From: an uncultured Gammaproteobacteria bacterium
Lineage (GTDB): Bacteria > Pseudomonadota > Gammaproteobacteria > DRLM01
Length of the DNA: 64,000 bases
Direction: 5' to 3'
NCBI GenBank assembly: GCA_963729605.1
Contig: CAVSNY010000007.1
Location: 896,001-960,000 of the forward strand
The number at the start of each line of letters is the position of its first letter. Position 1 is the stretch's first letter. Of this stretch, positions 9,354 through 22,405 are shown in pieces. The notes under the pieces are model-generated. The model was not told the DNA's origin. It did not search any database and saw only the letters and a list, made by a program, of their open reading frames with translations. Made by a program: the position numbers and the translations under genes.

Positions 9354-9592
9354 GTGGCAAGCGCATCGCCATCGGCGTGCGACCGCCGGCGAATCCGCAG
9401 GCCGAAGCCTGGATTCGCCAAGGCGACGCCAACAGCGTCCAGAAAAGCGACCTCTACACCGCGCGCCTGACTCTCGACGTGACGCCAGCCATGCGCGCCC
9501 GCATCAAGGTCTCGGCCTTCACGCAGGGCGTGACGGTGGCCGAGCTGCTGCGCGCACTGCTGGAACGCGAGTTCCCGGAGCACACGCCATGA
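9350..9592 (+). CDS. ParG-like partition protein (RHH)
   Basis: ARLTLDVTPAMRARIK..TVAELLR; ATGA overlap with parA. Confidence 0.78.
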   Translation: MSGKRIAIGVRPPANPQAEAWIRQGDANSVQKSDLYTARLTLDVTPAMRARIKVSAFTQGVTVAELLRALLEREFPEHTP

Positions 9593-10134
9593 GCCCCGCC
9601 ACGCAGGCACAGATTCATAAGAGCGCGGCTGCACCGCCGCCTTCACCGCAGCCGCTCGCATCACTCGACAGTCGCGTGCCGCTCACCCGCGTATCGCTCG
9701 CCTACGTGGAGCAGCGCATCAATCTCTATCTGCGTTTCGGCAATCCGGCGCGCACCGTGCAGCTCGACCGCTGGCGGCGCTGCGCGGTGTTCTTGCCAAT
9801 AGCGATCTTCTGTCGCATCCGCTGGGAGTCGAACGACTACGGCACGACACGCTGGCAACTCATGGTGATGCAAGCCTGCACGCCGCTGGATGCCATGCAG
9901 ACCATTCCCGGCATTCGTCCCGGCGCGCGCCTGCTGCTGCACGCCGAAGGCGAACAGAAAGTGCGAGCTGTGCTCGCGCAGATCGACGTTATCGAAGCGC
10001 TGGGCATCGACGCCATCGACGTGTCGCCCGCGTACTGGCGCACGCTGGGCAACCGTCTGGCTGCGCGCCTGCCGCTGCCGGCGTACAGCGCCGAACGGCA
10101 CGCGGCCTGGCTGGCCGGGAGGGCGCTGCAATGA
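9589..10134 (+). CDS. DUF2840 protein
   Basis: LRFG..RWESNDYGT..SPAYWRTLGNRL. Confidence 0.82.
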   Translation: MSPATQAQIHKSAAAPPPSPQPLASLDSRVPLTRVSLAYVEQRINLYLRFGNPARTVQLDRWRRCAVFLPIAIFCRIRWESNDYGTTRWQLMVMQACTPLDAMQTIPGIRPGARLLLHAEGEQKVRAVLAQIDVIEALGIDAIDVSPAYWRTLGNRLAARLPLPAYSAERHAAWLAGRALQ

Positions 10135-10694
10135 CCGCGACGACCACAACCCTTCCTCGCTCGCGCCTGCGCGCCCGCTTCGCGTTGGCGGCACTCGCTG
10201 CCTGCGGCCTCGCTGCGCTGGCCTGGGCCGCCTTCGTGCAGCCATCGGCGCGCATCGTCTACAACCCGTCCAACAGCGTTCCAGTCGGCTGGTATCGCAT
10301 CGAACCGACGCACTCGCTGCCTGGTGCGTTGCACGTCGGCAGCATTGTGCTGACCACCTTGCCGGCAGACGCCGCTGCGCTCGCCGCGCAGCGCGGCTAC
10401 CTGCCGTCGCACATTCCGCTGCTCAAACGTGTTGGCGCGGTCGCGCCGCAACACGTCTGCATCGTGAATGGCATGGTGCGCATCGACGGCGTGCCGGTGG
10501 CCGCCGTGCTGCGCACCGATCGCTGGGGTCGGCCGCTGTCATCCTGGCCGCCGTGCAGGCAACTCGCCGAGGGCGAACTGTTCCTGCTCAGCATCACCAA
10601 CCCGGCGTCGTTCGACAGCCGCTACTTCGGGCCGGTCAGCGCCGCCGCCGTGCTCGGCGTGGCGCGACCGATCCGCCTGGAGACGCAGCCGTGA
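10131..10694 (+). CDS. traF: TraF-type S26 pilin-processing peptidase
   Basis: NPSNSVPVGWY, LLKRV, SFDSRYFGPV. Confidence 0.88.
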   Translation: MTATTTTLPRSRLRARFALAALAACGLAALAWAAFVQPSARIVYNPSNSVPVGWYRIEPTHSLPGALHVGSIVLTTLPADAAALAAQRGYLPSHIPLLKRVGAVAPQHVCIVNGMVRIDGVPVAAVLRTDRWGRPLSSWPPCRQLAEGELFLLSITNPASFDSRYFGPVSAAAVLGVARPIRLETQP

Positions 10695-10899
10695 CGGCGC
10701 ACGTCGTTGCGCCGTTCGGCATGTCGTTGCCGTATTCATGCCGGTGCAGTGCGGGTGCATTCGCACCGCGCATCGCCCGGCACTCCCCCGTGCAGACAGC
10801 TTGCCCCGAGCGCGCCATGCCGCAGGCATGGCTGGCGCTCGCCGGCGGCCGGGCTGCGCGTTGCGCAGCGCCGCCGGGGCATCGCACCCCCGTGCCGTC

Positions 10900-11000
10900 A
10901 GGCCGGGGGAAGATGCAGGGCAAGATTGAAGGGTGCGGCACCAAGGTGCGCACAAAGCCAGTCTGCACGTGGGGTTGGCGCGGCACGCGCCATATCGCGG
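10900..11000. other. Putative oriT region
   Basis: Intergenic, upstream of relaxase; ATCTTGC (nic-like, - strand, 10920-10926) next to short GGTGC/GCACC inverted repeats. Confidence 0.35.
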
Positions 11001-11094
11001 CACCGTGCCGCGAGCAGCGCCAATGCCGCGCGGGCATTGACGCAACCGCGTGCCACGCACGCGCGAGCGCGCTGGACTTCGCCGGAGCCACCGC

Positions 11095-13047
11095 ATGAGC
11101 CAGCGCAGCAGCGACGACGCCGACCGCTTCCGCATCCGCCCCGGCGCGCCGAAACAGCGCGGCGATGCCTTCGTCTCCAAGGTACTGCGCCAAGCCACCA
11201 AGGCGGCCAATGCCACTGGCGGCAAGCGCGGCAAGGCACCTGGATCGCGGCTGGGGCGCGGCCATGTAGCGGCGCGCTTCACCGGACAGTCGCTGTCCGC
11301 TTCTTCTCGCAGAGCAACGGTCAAGATGCGGCTGGTGTATCTCAAGCAGGCCGGTGCGCGCGCGACCATCACGCACCTGCGCTACATCGAGCGCGAGGGC
11401 GTTGGCCGCGACGGCGAGCCGGGGCAGGCGTACAGCACAACCACCGACGACGCCGACCTGGCCGCCTTCGAGGAACGCGGCCGCGAAGACCGCCACCAGT
11501 TCCGCTTCATCGTCTCGCCGGAGGATGCTGCGGAGCTGGAAGACTTGAGGCGCTACACCCGCGACCTGATGGCCCGCATGGAAGCCGACCTGGGCACGCG
11601 GCTGGAGTGGGTCGCGGTCGATCACTGGAACACCGACAACCCGCATACCCACGTCGTGCTGCGCGGCAAGGACGACACCGGCAAAGACCTCATCATCTCG
11701 CAGGACTACATCACGCGCGGCATGCGCGAACGCGCCGCTGAACTCGCCACCGAATGGCTGGGGCCGCGCACCGAGCTGGAGATCCAGCGCGTCATGCAGC
11801 GCGAAGTGGAACAGGAGCGGTGGACGGGGCTGGATCGCAGCTTGCAGCGCGAAGCGGTGGACGGCCTGGTGCAGGTCGAACGCTTCAACGAACCCCGGCT
11901 GCAACGCCAGCGCCTGCTGCTGGTCGGGCGCCTGCAACGCTTGCAGCGCATGGGGCTGGTCACCGAAACCCGGCCCGGCGTGTGGGCCGTCCACACCGAG
12001 GCTGAAGCCACACTGCGCGCGATGGGCGAGCGCGGCGACATCATCCGCACCATGCAGCGAGTGATCGGCGGCACACAGCGCGAGCTGGCGGTGTTCGAGC
12101 CCGGCGAGAAGGCGCGACCGATCATCGGCCGCGTCGCCGCCAAGGGCCTGGTCGACGAGCTGTACGACAAGGGCTACCTGGTGGTCGACGGCATCGACGG
12201 CAAGGCGCACTACGTCGCGCTGCCGGCCAGGACCGAGTTGGCGCCGTACCCGGTCGGTGCCGTCGTCGAAGCCCGGGGCGCCGGCGAAGTCCGTGCCGCC
12301 GATCGCAACATCGCCGCGCTGGCCACCGATGGCCTGTACCGCACTGATCATCACCTGACCGTCGCCACGGCACAGGCCGCACCCGGCCGCGACCCCGCCG
12401 AGGTGGTGGGGACCCACGTGCGCCGGCTGGAAGCCCTGCGCCGCGCCGGCATCGTGGAGCGCCTGGGCGAAGGCATCTGGCAAGTGCCTGCCGACCTGCC
12501 CGAGCAGGGCCGACAGTACGACGCGCAACGCGCCGGCGGCGTGGTGGTGGAGCTGAAATCGCATCTGCCCATCGAGCGGCAGGCTCGCGTGATCGGCGCC
12601 ACCTGGCTGGACCAGCAGTTGATCGGCGGTGGTGAGGGGCTGGGCGAGCTGGGCTTTGGTGGTGACGTGCGCCAGGCGCTCCAGCAGCGCGCCGACTTCC
12701 TCGCCGAACAGGGTCTCGCCGAGCGGCGAGGCGAGCGCGTGATTCTGGCTCGCAACCTGCTGGCGACGCTGCGCAACCGCGACCTAGCCCAGGCGGCGCA
12801 GAACATCGCGGCCGAAACCGGCCTGGAGCACCGTGCGGTAGGTGATGGCGAGCGCGTCAGTGGCGTCTACCGCCGCAGCGTAATGCTGGCCAGCGGACGC
12901 TTTGCGATGCTCGATGACGGCAAGGGTTTCAGCCTGGTGCCCTGGAAGCCGGTGCTGGATCACCGGCTTGGACAGTCAGTGGCTGCGACGATACGTGGAA
13001 CCAGTGTGTCTTGGGAGTTCGGGAAACAGCGCCGCCTGGCGATTTGA
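11095..13047 (+). CDS. VirD2-like MOBP relaxase with DUF3363
   Basis: HLRYIEREG, FRFIVSPED, DHWNTDNPHTHVVLRG (HUH). Confidence 0.92.
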   Translation: MSQRSSDDADRFRIRPGAPKQRGDAFVSKVLRQATKAANATGGKRGKAPGSRLGRGHVAARFTGQSLSASSRRATVKMRLVYLKQAGARATITHLRYIEREGVGRDGEPGQAYSTTTDDADLAAFEERGREDRHQFRFIVSPEDAAELEDLRRYTRDLMARMEADLGTRLEWVAVDHWNTDNPHTHVVLRGKDDTGKDLIISQDYITRGMRERAAELATEWLGPRTELEIQRVMQREVEQERWTGLDRSLQREAVDGLVQVERFNEPRLQRQRLLLVGRLQRLQRMGLVTETRPGVWAVHTEAEATLRAMGERGDIIRTMQRVIGGTQRELAVFEPGEKARPIIGRVAAKGLVDELYDKGYLVVDGIDGKAHYVALPARTELAPYPVGAVVEARGAGEVRAADRNIAALATDGLYRTDHHLTVATAQAAPGRDPAEVVGTHVRRLEALRRAGIVERLGEGIWQVPADLPEQGRQYDAQRAGGVVVELKSHLPIERQARVIGATWLDQQLIGGGEGLGELGFGGDVRQALQQRADFLAEQGLAERRGERVILARNLLATLRNRDLAQAAQNIAAETGLEHRAVGDGERVSGVYRRSVMLASGRFAMLDDGKGFSLVPWKPVLDHRLGQSVAATIRGTSVSWEFGKQRRLAI

Positions 13048-13113
13048 AACAAAGCTTGGTCAGGCGCCGTCTTTACGCAATTATTTAACGCACCGTTATT
13101 TTGTCTTTAGCCT

Positions 13114-14523
13114 TCATATAACGCGCGGCAACAAGATGTTGAACCGCGTCCGCGCGTCGTCGGATTCGACACCGACCTTGCCTCCGTGCGCCTCGACAAT
13201 CGACTTGACAATGGCAAGCCCCAGCCCGGCACCATCACCCTTGCGTTGTCGAGACGGGTCGCCGCGGTAGAAACGATTGAAAAGCCTTGGCAGCTCCTCC
13301 GCCGAAATCTTCTCGCCAGGATTTTCGACGCTGATGGTGGTGGTTTGCTCATTCTGGGACAGCGTCACGGTAACGGTTTCCCCGCGTGGCGTGTAGCGGA
13401 TCGCGTTAGAGAGAAGATTGCTGAGTGCGCGGCGAAGCATCTCCTGATCAGCCCGTATCGGTGCTGCTCGTCCCTTGAGCTGCGACGAGACGCCTTGATC
13501 TTCCACCCAGGCCTCGAAATACTCGAACAAGCCCTGGATCGTTTCGGTGAGATTCACGGTCTCCAGATGGAGATCGGCTGGAGCGCTCTCGGTCTGCGCG
13601 AGAAACAGCATGTCGTTGATCATCCGGTTCAGGCGTCCGAATTCCTCTAGGTTCGAGTAGAGAATTTCCCGGTACTCATCGGCGGAACGGGCCTGACCCA
13701 CTGCCACTTCCGTCTGCGTGGTCAAATTGGTAACTGGCGTACGCAGTTCATGGGCGATGTCGGCGGAAACATTGGCCAGTTGGGCGTATCCCTCCTCGAT
13801 ACGCCCGAGCATGGCGTTGAATGAGGAGATGGTCTCTTCCAGTTCGATCGGCACTTCCTTCGGGTCCAATCGCATGTACAACTTGGAAGAAGTAATCGCT
13901 CGAATCTTCTTGTTGGCCCTGCGGATCGGCTTGTGTCCCCAGCGAACTGCACCCCAGGCCACCAGGATCGCAATGCACATGACGACGCAGACCGTCCACC
14001 ACTGGATGCGTTTAAAACTGCTGATGAATGTGAGGTGGTGATCGATATCCATCGCAACGGCTATCGTGTACCTCTCACCCAAAGCGTCATCGCCGCCGAT
14101 CTGTAAAACGGCACCGCGATAGTGCGTCCCGTTTTCTTCCCATACCGACATTTCCTGCGCACTTGCGAGATCGATAGGACGCTCATTTGCGGTAAAGCGT
14201 GCCAGATCGGGACTACCCCTGGGGGCATAGAGTGTTTCTCCAGCAGCATTGGCTACATAGTAGTAGACCCCATGGTGCCCGCGGACTGCACGCTGCAAGG
14301 CCTGCGCATCGCTATTGTCATGCGCCTCACCTAGCGCCCGTATCACCGAACTGGCTATCACCCTCAATTCTTCTTCATCCATCTCGGCGAAGTGCTGATC
14401 CAACGATCTAACACTGATCCAGTTGAATATCAGGAATACCAGCAGCATCGCGACGCCGACTAACCCGGTCACCCGCGACGCGAGTGACGCTGGACGATGA
14501 GTGATAGCAGGTCTATTCGTCAT
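13114..14523 (-). CDS. cusS: Heavy-metal sensor histidine kinase
   Basis: 2 [28 protein letters not shown]. Confidence 0.85.
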   Translation of the reverse strand: MTNRPAITHRPASLASRVTGLVGVAMLLVFLIFNWISVRSLDQHFAEMDEEELRVIASSVIRALGEAHDNSDAQALQRAVRGHHGVYYYVANAAGETLYAPRGSPDLARFTANERPIDLASAQEMSVWEENGTHYRGAVLQIGGDDALGERYTIAVAMDIDHHLTFISSFKRIQWWTVCVVMCIAILVAWGAVRWGHKPIRRANKKIRAITSSKLYMRLDPKEVPIELEETISSFNAMLGRIEEGYAQLANVSADIAHELRTPVTNLTTQTEVAVGQARSADEYREILYSNLEEFGRLNRMINDMLFLAQTESAPADLHLETVNLTETIQGLFEYFEAWVEDQGVSSQLKGRAAPIRADQEMLRRALSNLLSNAIRYTPRGETVTVTLSQNEQTTTISVENPGEKISAEELPRLFNRFYRGDPSRQRKGDGAGLGLAIVKSIVEAHGGKVGVESDDARTRFNILLPRVI

Positions 14524-15211
14524 CCGGGATATCCAGCGTATAGCCCATGCCCCGAACGGTATGAATGAGCTTGGGTTCGAAGTCATCGTCGATCTTTGCC
14601 CGCAGCCGACGAATCGCGACATCGATCACATTGGTGTCGCTGTCGAAGTTCATGTCCCAAACTTGGGACGCGATCAGCGAACGCGGTAAAACTTCTCCCT
14701 GACGACGCGCCAACAACTCAAGCAGCGCGAATTCCTTGTTAGTCAGATTGATGCGCCGTCCGCCACGGATCGCACGCCGCCGCGCCATGTCCAGTTCGAG
14801 ATCCACGATCTGCATGCGGTCGTGATGGGCAGGCATGGCGCCGCGACGCAGCAGAGTGCGCACGCGAGCGAGCAGCTCGGCAAAGACGAACGGCTTAATC
14901 AGATAATCGTCAGCACCCAGCTCCAGCCCCTGGACGCGATCATCCACATGTCCACGTGCGGTCAGGAACAACACCGGAACCTGGTTGCCCGCCGCTCTGA
15001 CCGACTGCAGGATGCGCCAGCCGTCTATATCAGGAAGCATGACATCGAGCATGATCAGGTCGTAGGCTTCCGTCATCGCCATGTGGTGACCATCGAGCCC
15101 GTTGCGCGCCAGATCGACTACAAACCCCGCTTCCATAAGGCCCTGACGAACATAGTCCGCCGTTTTGTTCTCGTCTTCGACAACCAGTAGTTTCATCGTT
15201 GCGTTGCTCAT
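14513..15211 (-). CDS. cusR: Heavy-metal response regulator
   Basis: OmpR family with [25 protein letters not shown]. Confidence 0.9.
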   Translation of the reverse strand: MSNATMKLLVVEDENKTADYVRQGLMEAGFVVDLARNGLDGHHMAMTEAYDLIMLDVMLPDIDGWRILQSVRAAGNQVPVLFLTARGHVDDRVQGLELGADDYLIKPFVFAELLARVRTLLRRGAMPAHHDRMQIVDLELDMARRRAIRGGRRINLTNKEFALLELLARRQGEVLPRSLIASQVWDMNFDSDTNVIDVAIRRLRAKIDDDFEPKLIHTVRGMGYTLDIPDDE

Positions 15212-15301
15212 GCGGCGCCCGGCCCCTCATGACAGGTGAATCGAGCAGGTGGCTTTCAACTAGCACTCTATCTGACCGGACCTGCCAGAAAGATGACGCA
15301 T

Positions 15302-15321
15302 AGATTACAAAAATGTAATCT
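15302..15321. promoter_or_regulatory. CusR/CopR box
   Basis: Palindrome AGATTACA-AAAA-TGTAATCT between divergent cusR and DUF305 genes. Confidence 0.7.
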
Positions 15322-15552
15322 TCATGTCACCAGAACGACAGTAACAGCTCCATAGGATGACTACTGAAACTGGCGTGAACTCCGCCTTCAGACGCCGCGA
15401 CCATCGATGTCTCCTATGAGCAGTCAATTGGCTAAGAAGGTGGCTTCGCCGAGCAGCACGGATGCGCGCCGGCCTACATCGACAAATGGCCGTGTGGTAT
15501 TCCTTAAGCTGATGGGAACGGGGCACTGAGCAACCAGAGAAAGGGATCCGAT

Positions 15553-16047
15553 ATGGCGCACACTTCACACACGACTGATGATGGCCACGGGAAAGGAACA
15601 CATCGACCCTACCTGATGTTCTGGATCAACATGGGCCTTGCCCTGATCGTCATGTATATCGTCATGTTTTCGATGATCGACGGCATGCACGACTTCCGGA
15701 ACAATCTCAACATGTTCTATATGGCGATGACGATGTGGGCGCCTATGGGAATTTTCATGCTCGCAACGATGCCGCACATGTTTCCGAGGAAGGGCCTTAA
15801 CCTCGCGCTCTATGTACTTTTTGCCGTTTTAACGGTCGGATCGCTTACCGCGACGCGTGCACAAACTCTCATTGATGATCGCCAGTTCATTGATTCGATG
15901 ATCCCACATCACTCCGGCGCGATCCTGATGTGCCGCGAAGCCGATCTTAATGACGCGGAGCTTGTTGACCTTTGCACTGAAATCATGAGCGCGCAGCGAT
16001 CGGAAATCGATCAGATGGAGCGAATTAGAACGCGCCTGGGTGGATGA
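15553..16047 (+). CDS. DUF305 (CopM-like) Met-rich membrane protein
   Basis: FIDSMIPHHSGAILM..AQRSEIDQM. Confidence 0.8.
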   Translation: MAHTSHTTDDGHGKGTHRPYLMFWINMGLALIVMYIVMFSMIDGMHDFRNNLNMFYMAMTMWAPMGIFMLATMPHMFPRKGLNLALYVLFAVLTVGSLTATRAQTLIDDRQFIDSMIPHHSGAILMCREADLNDAELVDLCTEIMSAQRSEIDQMERIRTRLGG

Positions 16048-16206
16048 GCATCACGCTCACCGCAGTAGGGGCCCGGTCAATTTTGGCGCAGGCTTTCCCG
16101 ATGGCGAGAATTAGGTTCGAATTCCGTCCGAGGTGGCAGGCAAGTCGGTGGTTCAGTGGGCAGATCCTCGGTAGACCTTTCGTCGCCTCGCGATCACGAT
16201 CTATAT

Positions 16207-16596
16207 CTATTCGACCGGAACGATTTGAGTAATGGCCGCATCCATTCCCTTAGATTCGAAGTCAAACCGCACCGTCTGCCCCACCTGTACCGAGGCGACT
16301 TGCTCGGGCGTAGCCCGGAATCCCATGGTCATCGCCGGCCACTGCAGCGATGGCACCGGCTCGTGGGCAATCGTGATCTTCCCCGCCGCAGCGTCGATGG
16401 CTTCGATGGTCCCGGTTGCCGAGGCCTTCGTGGCCGTTGCGGCTTCATCCGCCCTGGCACCGGCGTCGCCAGCCATCTGCATTGGCTCGGAACCACGCTG
16501 TCCCGTATCCGCTGCCTCGTCGGGCGTCTCCGAGCAGCCGACCAGTAAAGTGGCAGTTAGCAAGAGTATGTGAATTTTCATAACGTAGTTCTCCAA
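16207..16596 (-). CDS. cusF: CusF-like copper-binding lipoprotein
   Basis: HEPVPSLQWPAMTMGF; lipobox LVGC. Confidence 0.85.
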   Translation of the reverse strand: MENYVMKIHILLLTATLLVGCSETPDEAADTGQRGSEPMQMAGDAGARADEAATATKASATGTIEAIDAAAGKITIAHEPVPSLQWPAMTMGFRATPEQVASVQVGQTVRFDFESKGMDAAITQIVPVE

Positions 16597-16689
16597 AGAA
16601 CATCGACTGCGGATTTGTTCGCAACGGCATTGCAGCCGACATGCCGTAGCAATTGCGAAATCGGTGATGAGTGATTGTCAGACCCTGTG

Positions 16690-19600
16690 TCACGTCATGG
16701 CGATGCCCTCCCTTGACTGACGGTGCTTCAGGGCTCGACCGCGCAACAATCGGTAGGCCGCCGGAATGACCAGCATCGAGAGCAGCGGAGCGGTCACCAT
16801 GCCGCCGATCATCGGGGCAGCGATGCGCTGCATGACTTCCGAGCCGGCACCGCTGCCGATGAACAAGGGAAAGAGTGCGGCGAGGATCACCGCAATGGTC
16901 ATAGCCTTGGGACGCACGCGGAGCACCGCACCTTCGCGGATCGCCGCGTCCAACGTGGTGATCGTTTCCGGTTCGCCCTGCGCCAGGCGGCGCTCCCAGG
17001 CCTGGCGCAGATACAGCAGCATGATCACACCGAACTCGGCCGCGACGCCGGCCAGGGCGATGAAGCCGATCAACGTGGCGACGGATACCGCATGACCCAG
17101 CATCCAGATCAGCCACAAGCCACCGACCAAGGCCAGCGGCAGGCTGAGCATGATGATGGCCGCTTCGTCAAAGCGTCGGAACACCAGATAGATCAGCAGG
17201 AAGATGATGGCCAGCGTGGCGGGCACCACCCATTTCAGCCTTTCCAAGGCGCGCTCCAGGTACTCGTATTGGCCCGACCAGGCAAGGCCGTAACCGGGCG
17301 GCAGCTCGACCTCCTGCGCCATGCGCTGCTGCAGATCGACCACCACGGAACCCAAGTCGCGATCGACGACATCAACGAAAACATAGCCCACCAAACGTCC
17401 GTTCTCGCTCTTGAGCATGGGCGGTCCCGGGCTCAGCGACAGGTCCGCGACCTGACCCAAGGTCACTTGCGCACCGCCAGCGGCGACGATCGGCAACTGT
17501 GACAAGGCGGCCAGCGAATCGCGTTGCGCGCGCGGATAGCGCACCACGATCGGGTAGCGCTCACGGCCCTCGATGGTTTCGCCGATCGGATCGCCACCCA
17601 CGATGGTCGACACCAGCCGTTGCAGGTCCGCCTGACTCAACCCGTACCGCGCAGCGTCGCCAGGTCGGATGCCGACATCGATATAGCGCCCACCAGTGAT
17701 ACGTTCCGCCAAAGCTGACCGCACGCCCGGCACCGTCCTGGCGACGCGCTCGACCTCGTTGCTGATCTCCTCGATGACTCTCGTATCGGGTCCGGAGACC
17801 TTGATCCCGATCGGACTCTTGATGCCGGTGGCAAGCATGTCGATGCGGTTGCGGATCGGCGGCACCCACAGGTTGGTGAGCCCCGGCACATTCACCGCTG
17901 CGTCGAGTTCCTCTCGCAGCTTTGTCATCGTCATGCCGGGCCGCCATTGATCGCGCGGCTTGAAGGTGACGGTGGTCTCGAACATCTCCATCGGAGCGGG
18001 ATCAGTCGCGGTGTCAGCGCGTCCCGCCTTGCCGAAGACGTGCGCGACTTCGGGCACCGTCTTGATCATTCGGTCGCTCTGCTGGAGCAGCTCCGCGGCC
18101 TTGCCTGCCGACAAACCGGGCAGCGCGGTCGGCATGTATAGCAGGGTGCCCTCGTCCAGCGGGGGCATGAATTCGCTGCCGAGGCGGCTCAGTGGAATCA
18201 GTGTGAGCATCAACAGCAGGCCACCCAGGACCAGGGTCAGGCGCGGGAAGCGCAGCACCCATTCCACCAGCGGTCTGTAGCCGGCGATAAGGACGCGATT
18301 CAGCGGGTTTTCCCTCTCCGACCGGATTCGTCCGCGGATCAGATAACCCATCAACACCGGGATCAGCGTGATCGACAGGCCAGCGGCCGCCGCCATCGCA
18401 TAGGTCTTGGTGTAGGCCAGCGGCGCGAATAACCGGCCTTCCTGCGCCTGCAGCGCAAACACCGGCACGAACGAAAGAGTGATCACGAGCAGACTGACGA
18501 ACAGCGCTGGACCGACTTCGATGGCGGACTCGGTGATCAACTTCCAGCGCTCCTCACCTTCGGGCTCGCATCCCTGCACACGCTGTCGATGTTCCAGATG
18601 TTTGTGCGCGTTCTCGATCATCACCACGGCGGCGTCCACCATAGCGCCGATGGCGATCGCGATGCCCCCCAGCGACAGCAGGTTGGCGCTGATGCCCTGG
18701 TAACGCATGACGATGAAGGCCGCCAATATGCCTAACGGCAAGGTAATGACCGCCACCAGCGCTGAACGCAGGTGCCAGAGAAAAAGCACGCAGATCAGCG
18801 CGACCGCAACGAATTCCTGTCCCAGCTTGAAGCTGAGATTGCGTACCGCTTCATGGATGAGTTCGGAGCGGTCGTAAACCGGGACGATTTCGACGCCAGC
18901 GGGCAGGCTGGTCTGCAACTGCTCCAGACGTGCCTTCACCGCATCAATCGCCCGCAACGCATCCTTGCCGGTTCGCAGCACCACTATGCCGCCAGCAACT
19001 TCACCTTGACCATCCAGCTCGGCGATGCCACGGCGAAAGGTCGGGCCACGTCGCACCGTGGCGACTTCGCCCAGCAGCACCGGCACGCCATCGGTCATGA
19101 TCGGAACCTGCTCGAATGCCTCCTGGCTGCGCAGGTAGCCCTCGCTGCGCACCATCAGCTCGGCTTCGCCCTGTTCGATGACCGAGCCGCCCGTAGCGCC
19201 ATTGGCAGCCTGGACCGCATCGATCAGCCGGGCCACCGTCAGTCCGCGCGCGGCCAACGCCTGCGGGTCTGGCACGATCTGCCAGGCGCGGACCATACCG
19301 CCGACGCTGGCGACCTCGGCGACGTCCGGGACAGTCATGAGTTCATAGCGCAGGAACCAGTCCTGCATTGCCCGCAACTGTCCCAGGTCATGTTGGCCGG
19401 TTCGGTCAACCAGCGCGTACTGGTAAATCCACCCGAGGCCGGTGGCATCAGGCCCCAATGCCGGGCTGACGCTTTCCGGCAAGCGATCGCGTACCTGGCT
19501 CAGATACTCCAGCACCCGCGAACGCGCCCAATACAGGTCGGTGTCGTCGTCGAACAGCACGTAGACGAACGAGTCGCCGAAGAAGGAGAAACCGCGCACG

Positions 19601-19842
19601 GCTCGTACACCCGGCACCGATAGCATGGTGGTCGCCAGCGGGTAAGTCACCTGATCCTCGATAATGTGCGGCGTTTGGCCGCTCCACTCGGTCTGGATAA
19701 TGACCTGGGTATCGGACAGGTCGGGCAGCGCGTCCAACGGCGTGTGCTGCACCGACCACAGTCCCGCAATCGCAAGCGACACCGCACCGATGAGCACAAG
19801 CGCCCGGTTGGCGACAGCGCCGCGAATGATCCGGGCGATCAT
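16690..19842 (-). CDS. cusA: CusA/SilA heavy-metal RND transporter
   Basis: [28 protein letters not shown]. Confidence 0.95.
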   Translation of the reverse strand: MIARIIRGAVANRALVLIGAVSLAIAGLWSVQHTPLDALPDLSDTQVIIQTEWSGQTPHIIEDQVTYPLATTMLSVPGVRAVRGFSFFGDSFVYVLFDDDTDLYWARSRVLEYLSQVRDRLPESVSPALGPDATGLGWIYQYALVDRTGQHDLGQLRAMQDWFLRYELMTVPDVAEVASVGGMVRAWQIVPDPQALAARGLTVARLIDAVQAANGATGGSVIEQGEAELMVRSEGYLRSQEAFEQVPIMTDGVPVLLGEVATVRRGPTFRRGIAELDGQGEVAGGIVVLRTGKDALRAIDAVKARLEQLQTSLPAGVEIVPVYDRSELIHEAVRNLSFKLGQEFVAVALICVLFLWHLRSALVAVITLPLGILAAFIVMRYQGISANLLSLGGIAIAIGAMVDAAVVMIENAHKHLEHRQRVQGCEPEGEERWKLITESAIEVGPALFVSLLVITLSFVPVFALQAQEGRLFAPLAYTKTYAMAAAAGLSITLIPVLMGYLIRGRIRSERENPLNRVLIAGYRPLVEWVLRFPRLTLVLGGLLLMLTLIPLSRLGSEFMPPLDEGTLLYMPTALPGLSAGKAAELLQQSDRMIKTVPEVAHVFGKAGRADTATDPAPMEMFETTVTFKPRDQWRPGMTMTKLREELDAAVNVPGLTNLWVPPIRNRIDMLATGIKSPIGIKVSGPDTRVIEEISNEVERVARTVPGVRSALAERITGGRYIDVGIRPGDAARYGLSQADLQRLVSTIVGGDPIGETIEGRERYPIVVRYPRAQRDSLAALSQLPIVAAGGAQVTLGQVADLSLSPGPPMLKSENGRLVGYVFVDVVDRDLGSVVVDLQQRMAQEVELPPGYGLAWSGQYEYLERALERLKWVVPATLAIIFLLIYLVFRRFDEAAIIMLSLPLALVGGLWLIWMLGHAVSVATLIGFIALAGVAAEFGVIMLLYLRQAWERRLAQGEPETITTLDAAIREGAVLRVRPKAMTIAVILAALFPLFIGSGAGSEVMQRIAAPMIGGMVTAPLLSMLVIPAAYRLLRGRALKHRQSREGIAMT

Positions 19843-21105
19843 GGCCGGTTCTCCGTCGCATCGGGCAGTGCGGGTGCGGCGGGCGTTGGAGCCCCCAACC
19901 GCTGCAACGCACCCGACAGACTGGCTTCCGAATCAATCAGGAACTGGCCTGACGTGACAATGTGCTCGCCGCCCTGAAGACCTTCAAGGATTTCAATACG
20001 GCCACCGCCGCTGCGGCCGGTCCGCACTCGCACCGGCTCGAAGCCGCCATCGGAACGCATCACGATCACCCGGCTGTCGCTACCTGTGGCGATGAGCGCG
20101 TCGGCCGGTATCAGCGGCACCTGCTCACCCCCGGCGGATTGCAAGGTCAACTCGGCGAACATGCCGGGCACCAGTCGACCGTCCGGGTTGTGCAGCACGA
20201 TGCGAGCCCATTGAGTGCGACTGGTAGGCTCGATCTGCGGCAGCAGGGCTTCGACATCTCCCGCGAAGCGCCGCCCAGGCACCGCGCTGACGGTAGCTTC
20301 GACCTTCGTCCCCGGACCGATGCCGACAACGCGTGCCTGTGGGATCGCCGCTTCCAGCCACACCGTGGACGTACCGTTGACGCGAAAAAGCGGCATACCG
20401 GCCGTAGCGGCCTGACCTTCGCGCACCAGCACTTCTCTGACGACACCATCGCTCGGTGCGAGCAGCGTCACACTGCCATCGCGATTCAAGCGAACGTCGG
20501 ACAGCCCTAGCAGTTGCAGTCGCTGCATGGCCGCCGTGTGCAGACTTTTTGCCGCTGCCGAGCCCGCCTCTTCCAGAGCCTGTGCCTCGGCGACCGCACT
20601 ACTCCAGGCCGGGGCCAGTATGGTCGCAAGCGGTTGGCCGCGGCGTACGGATTCGAAAGGCGCCTTGACGTGTAGCTGCGGTGATGATCGCATCGACGCG
20701 CGCACTGACCACCGACTCCTGTCGTAAATCCCATGTCAGAGTGGCCGTTGCGCGAAGGGGGTCTGTCAGTTGGCCAACTTCGACTACAGCGGTGCGGATA
20801 CCGACGTTCTGCTGTACGCCCGGATCAATGCGCACGCCCGCAGTCGCAGTCTGGTCGGCATACCTCGGCACCAGTTGCATGTCCATGAATGGCGACTTGC
20901 CTGGCTGGTCGAAGTGCTGGTCCGGCACCATCGGGTCGTACCAGTACAGCACTTGGCGCTCCTGTGGCGCGGGCACGGCGGGTTGCAACACTTCTGCGTG
21001 GGTATCGGCATGTCGTTGCCCCCACCAGTAGCCGCCGCCGATGCCGATGATCAACAGCCCCAGAGCCGAGGCAACGAGTCCAGCCCGGATCATGATGCGA
21101 TTCAT
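19839..21105 (-). CDS. cusB: CusB periplasmic adaptor, split by a frameshift near 20680
   Basis: [17 protein letters not shown] in ORF 20599-21105; [12 protein letters not shown] in ORF 19839-20705. Confidence 0.85.
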
Positions 21106-22405
21106 GGCATGGTCTCCGTGACGGGCAGCAGGTAGGCGAGCCAGGCCCAGGTCCGGCCAAGTTCGGTGATGTGACGGGTATGCTCAATATGGAGTTCTAT
21201 CTCGTCACGGCGTGCATCGAGCCAGGGTTGCAGCGCACCGCCACCACCGTAGCCCGCGATAGCCGCCTGCGTCCTGTCGTGAGCCAGCGGCAGGAGTTCC
21301 TGTTCCTTGCGCGCGACCTGGCGTTTGAGTCCGTTCCATTCGGCCAGGGCGCGATGCACAGCCTCGACCTGCATGCGGCGAGCCTCTTCATGGGAAGCGG
21401 CCACGGCATCCCGTTCGGCGCGGCGCGCTGCGATGCCACGGTCTTGCCGGTTGGCTGCGAACAACGGCAAGTCCACAGAGATTTCCAGCATCAGCAGATC
21501 GCTGCGTGATCTGTCGCGCTGTCCGTAAGATGCGGCAAGGCGCCAGTCTGGACGTTTCTCCGCTGCGGCCAGCGCCAACTCGGCTTCGGCGACCGCCTCG
21601 CGCGAACGCCAGGGCAGCAACGGTCCCTGGCGTTCGACCGATGCCAGCAGCGTAACGGCATCGACGGGCAGCGTCGCCAGGTCCGGTGGCGCGCCGACCG
21701 TACCGACCTCCATCGGATCGGCCCCTAACCAACGAGCGAGCGTGCCACGAGCCGCCTCCACCTCGGCACGTGCTGCGTCGATGCGATTCTCCAGATCGAG
21801 CCCGGCAGCTTGCACAGCCAGAGCTTCGGCAGCGGTGCCGACACCGCTGGCCAGACGGACCTCGGCCAGTCGGATGGCCAATGCCGACTGCTCTCGCTGG
21901 GACGTCAGCACCTCTTGCTCACGCTCAGCGGCCCACAGGGCAATCCAAGCGCCTGCGGCGACCTGGCGCACCGCCAGTTGCTCGGCGGTGGACAGCGCCT
22001 CGGCTTGCTCGATACCGCGATCCGCCATGGCTTGGCGAGCTTGTCGCTTGGCGCGCGCCGGAAATTCCTGCATCAGGCCGATTCGCTTCATAGTCATGTC
22101 CTCAGCGCGCCAATCGAAGGCTTGGGCGCCGGTGACCGGCCAGTTGTCGAGGCCGAAAGTCAGCCTGGGATCGGGCAGCGCGGCTGCGCGAACGGCTTCT
22201 TCGCGCGCGGCCTGGGTTTGCGATTGCCGCGCGTTGAGCATGGGAGCACGCTCGACAGCCAACGCAGCGTCTCATCAAACGATACGCCCCTCGACGGGGC
22301 TGCTTCAGTGATAGGAGGTAAAGGATGAGAGGGCGAGTAGCAGCGCCGCCCAATAGCGAAAGTTGCACCAGTAGGACAATGGAGCAACGGGAACAAAATG
22401 GACAT
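21102..22405 (-). CDS. cusC: CusC/TolC outer-membrane factor, 5' end frameshifted
   Basis: ALPDPRL..MKRIGLMQEFP; upstream SFDETLR lies in another frame; start approximate. Confidence 0.78.
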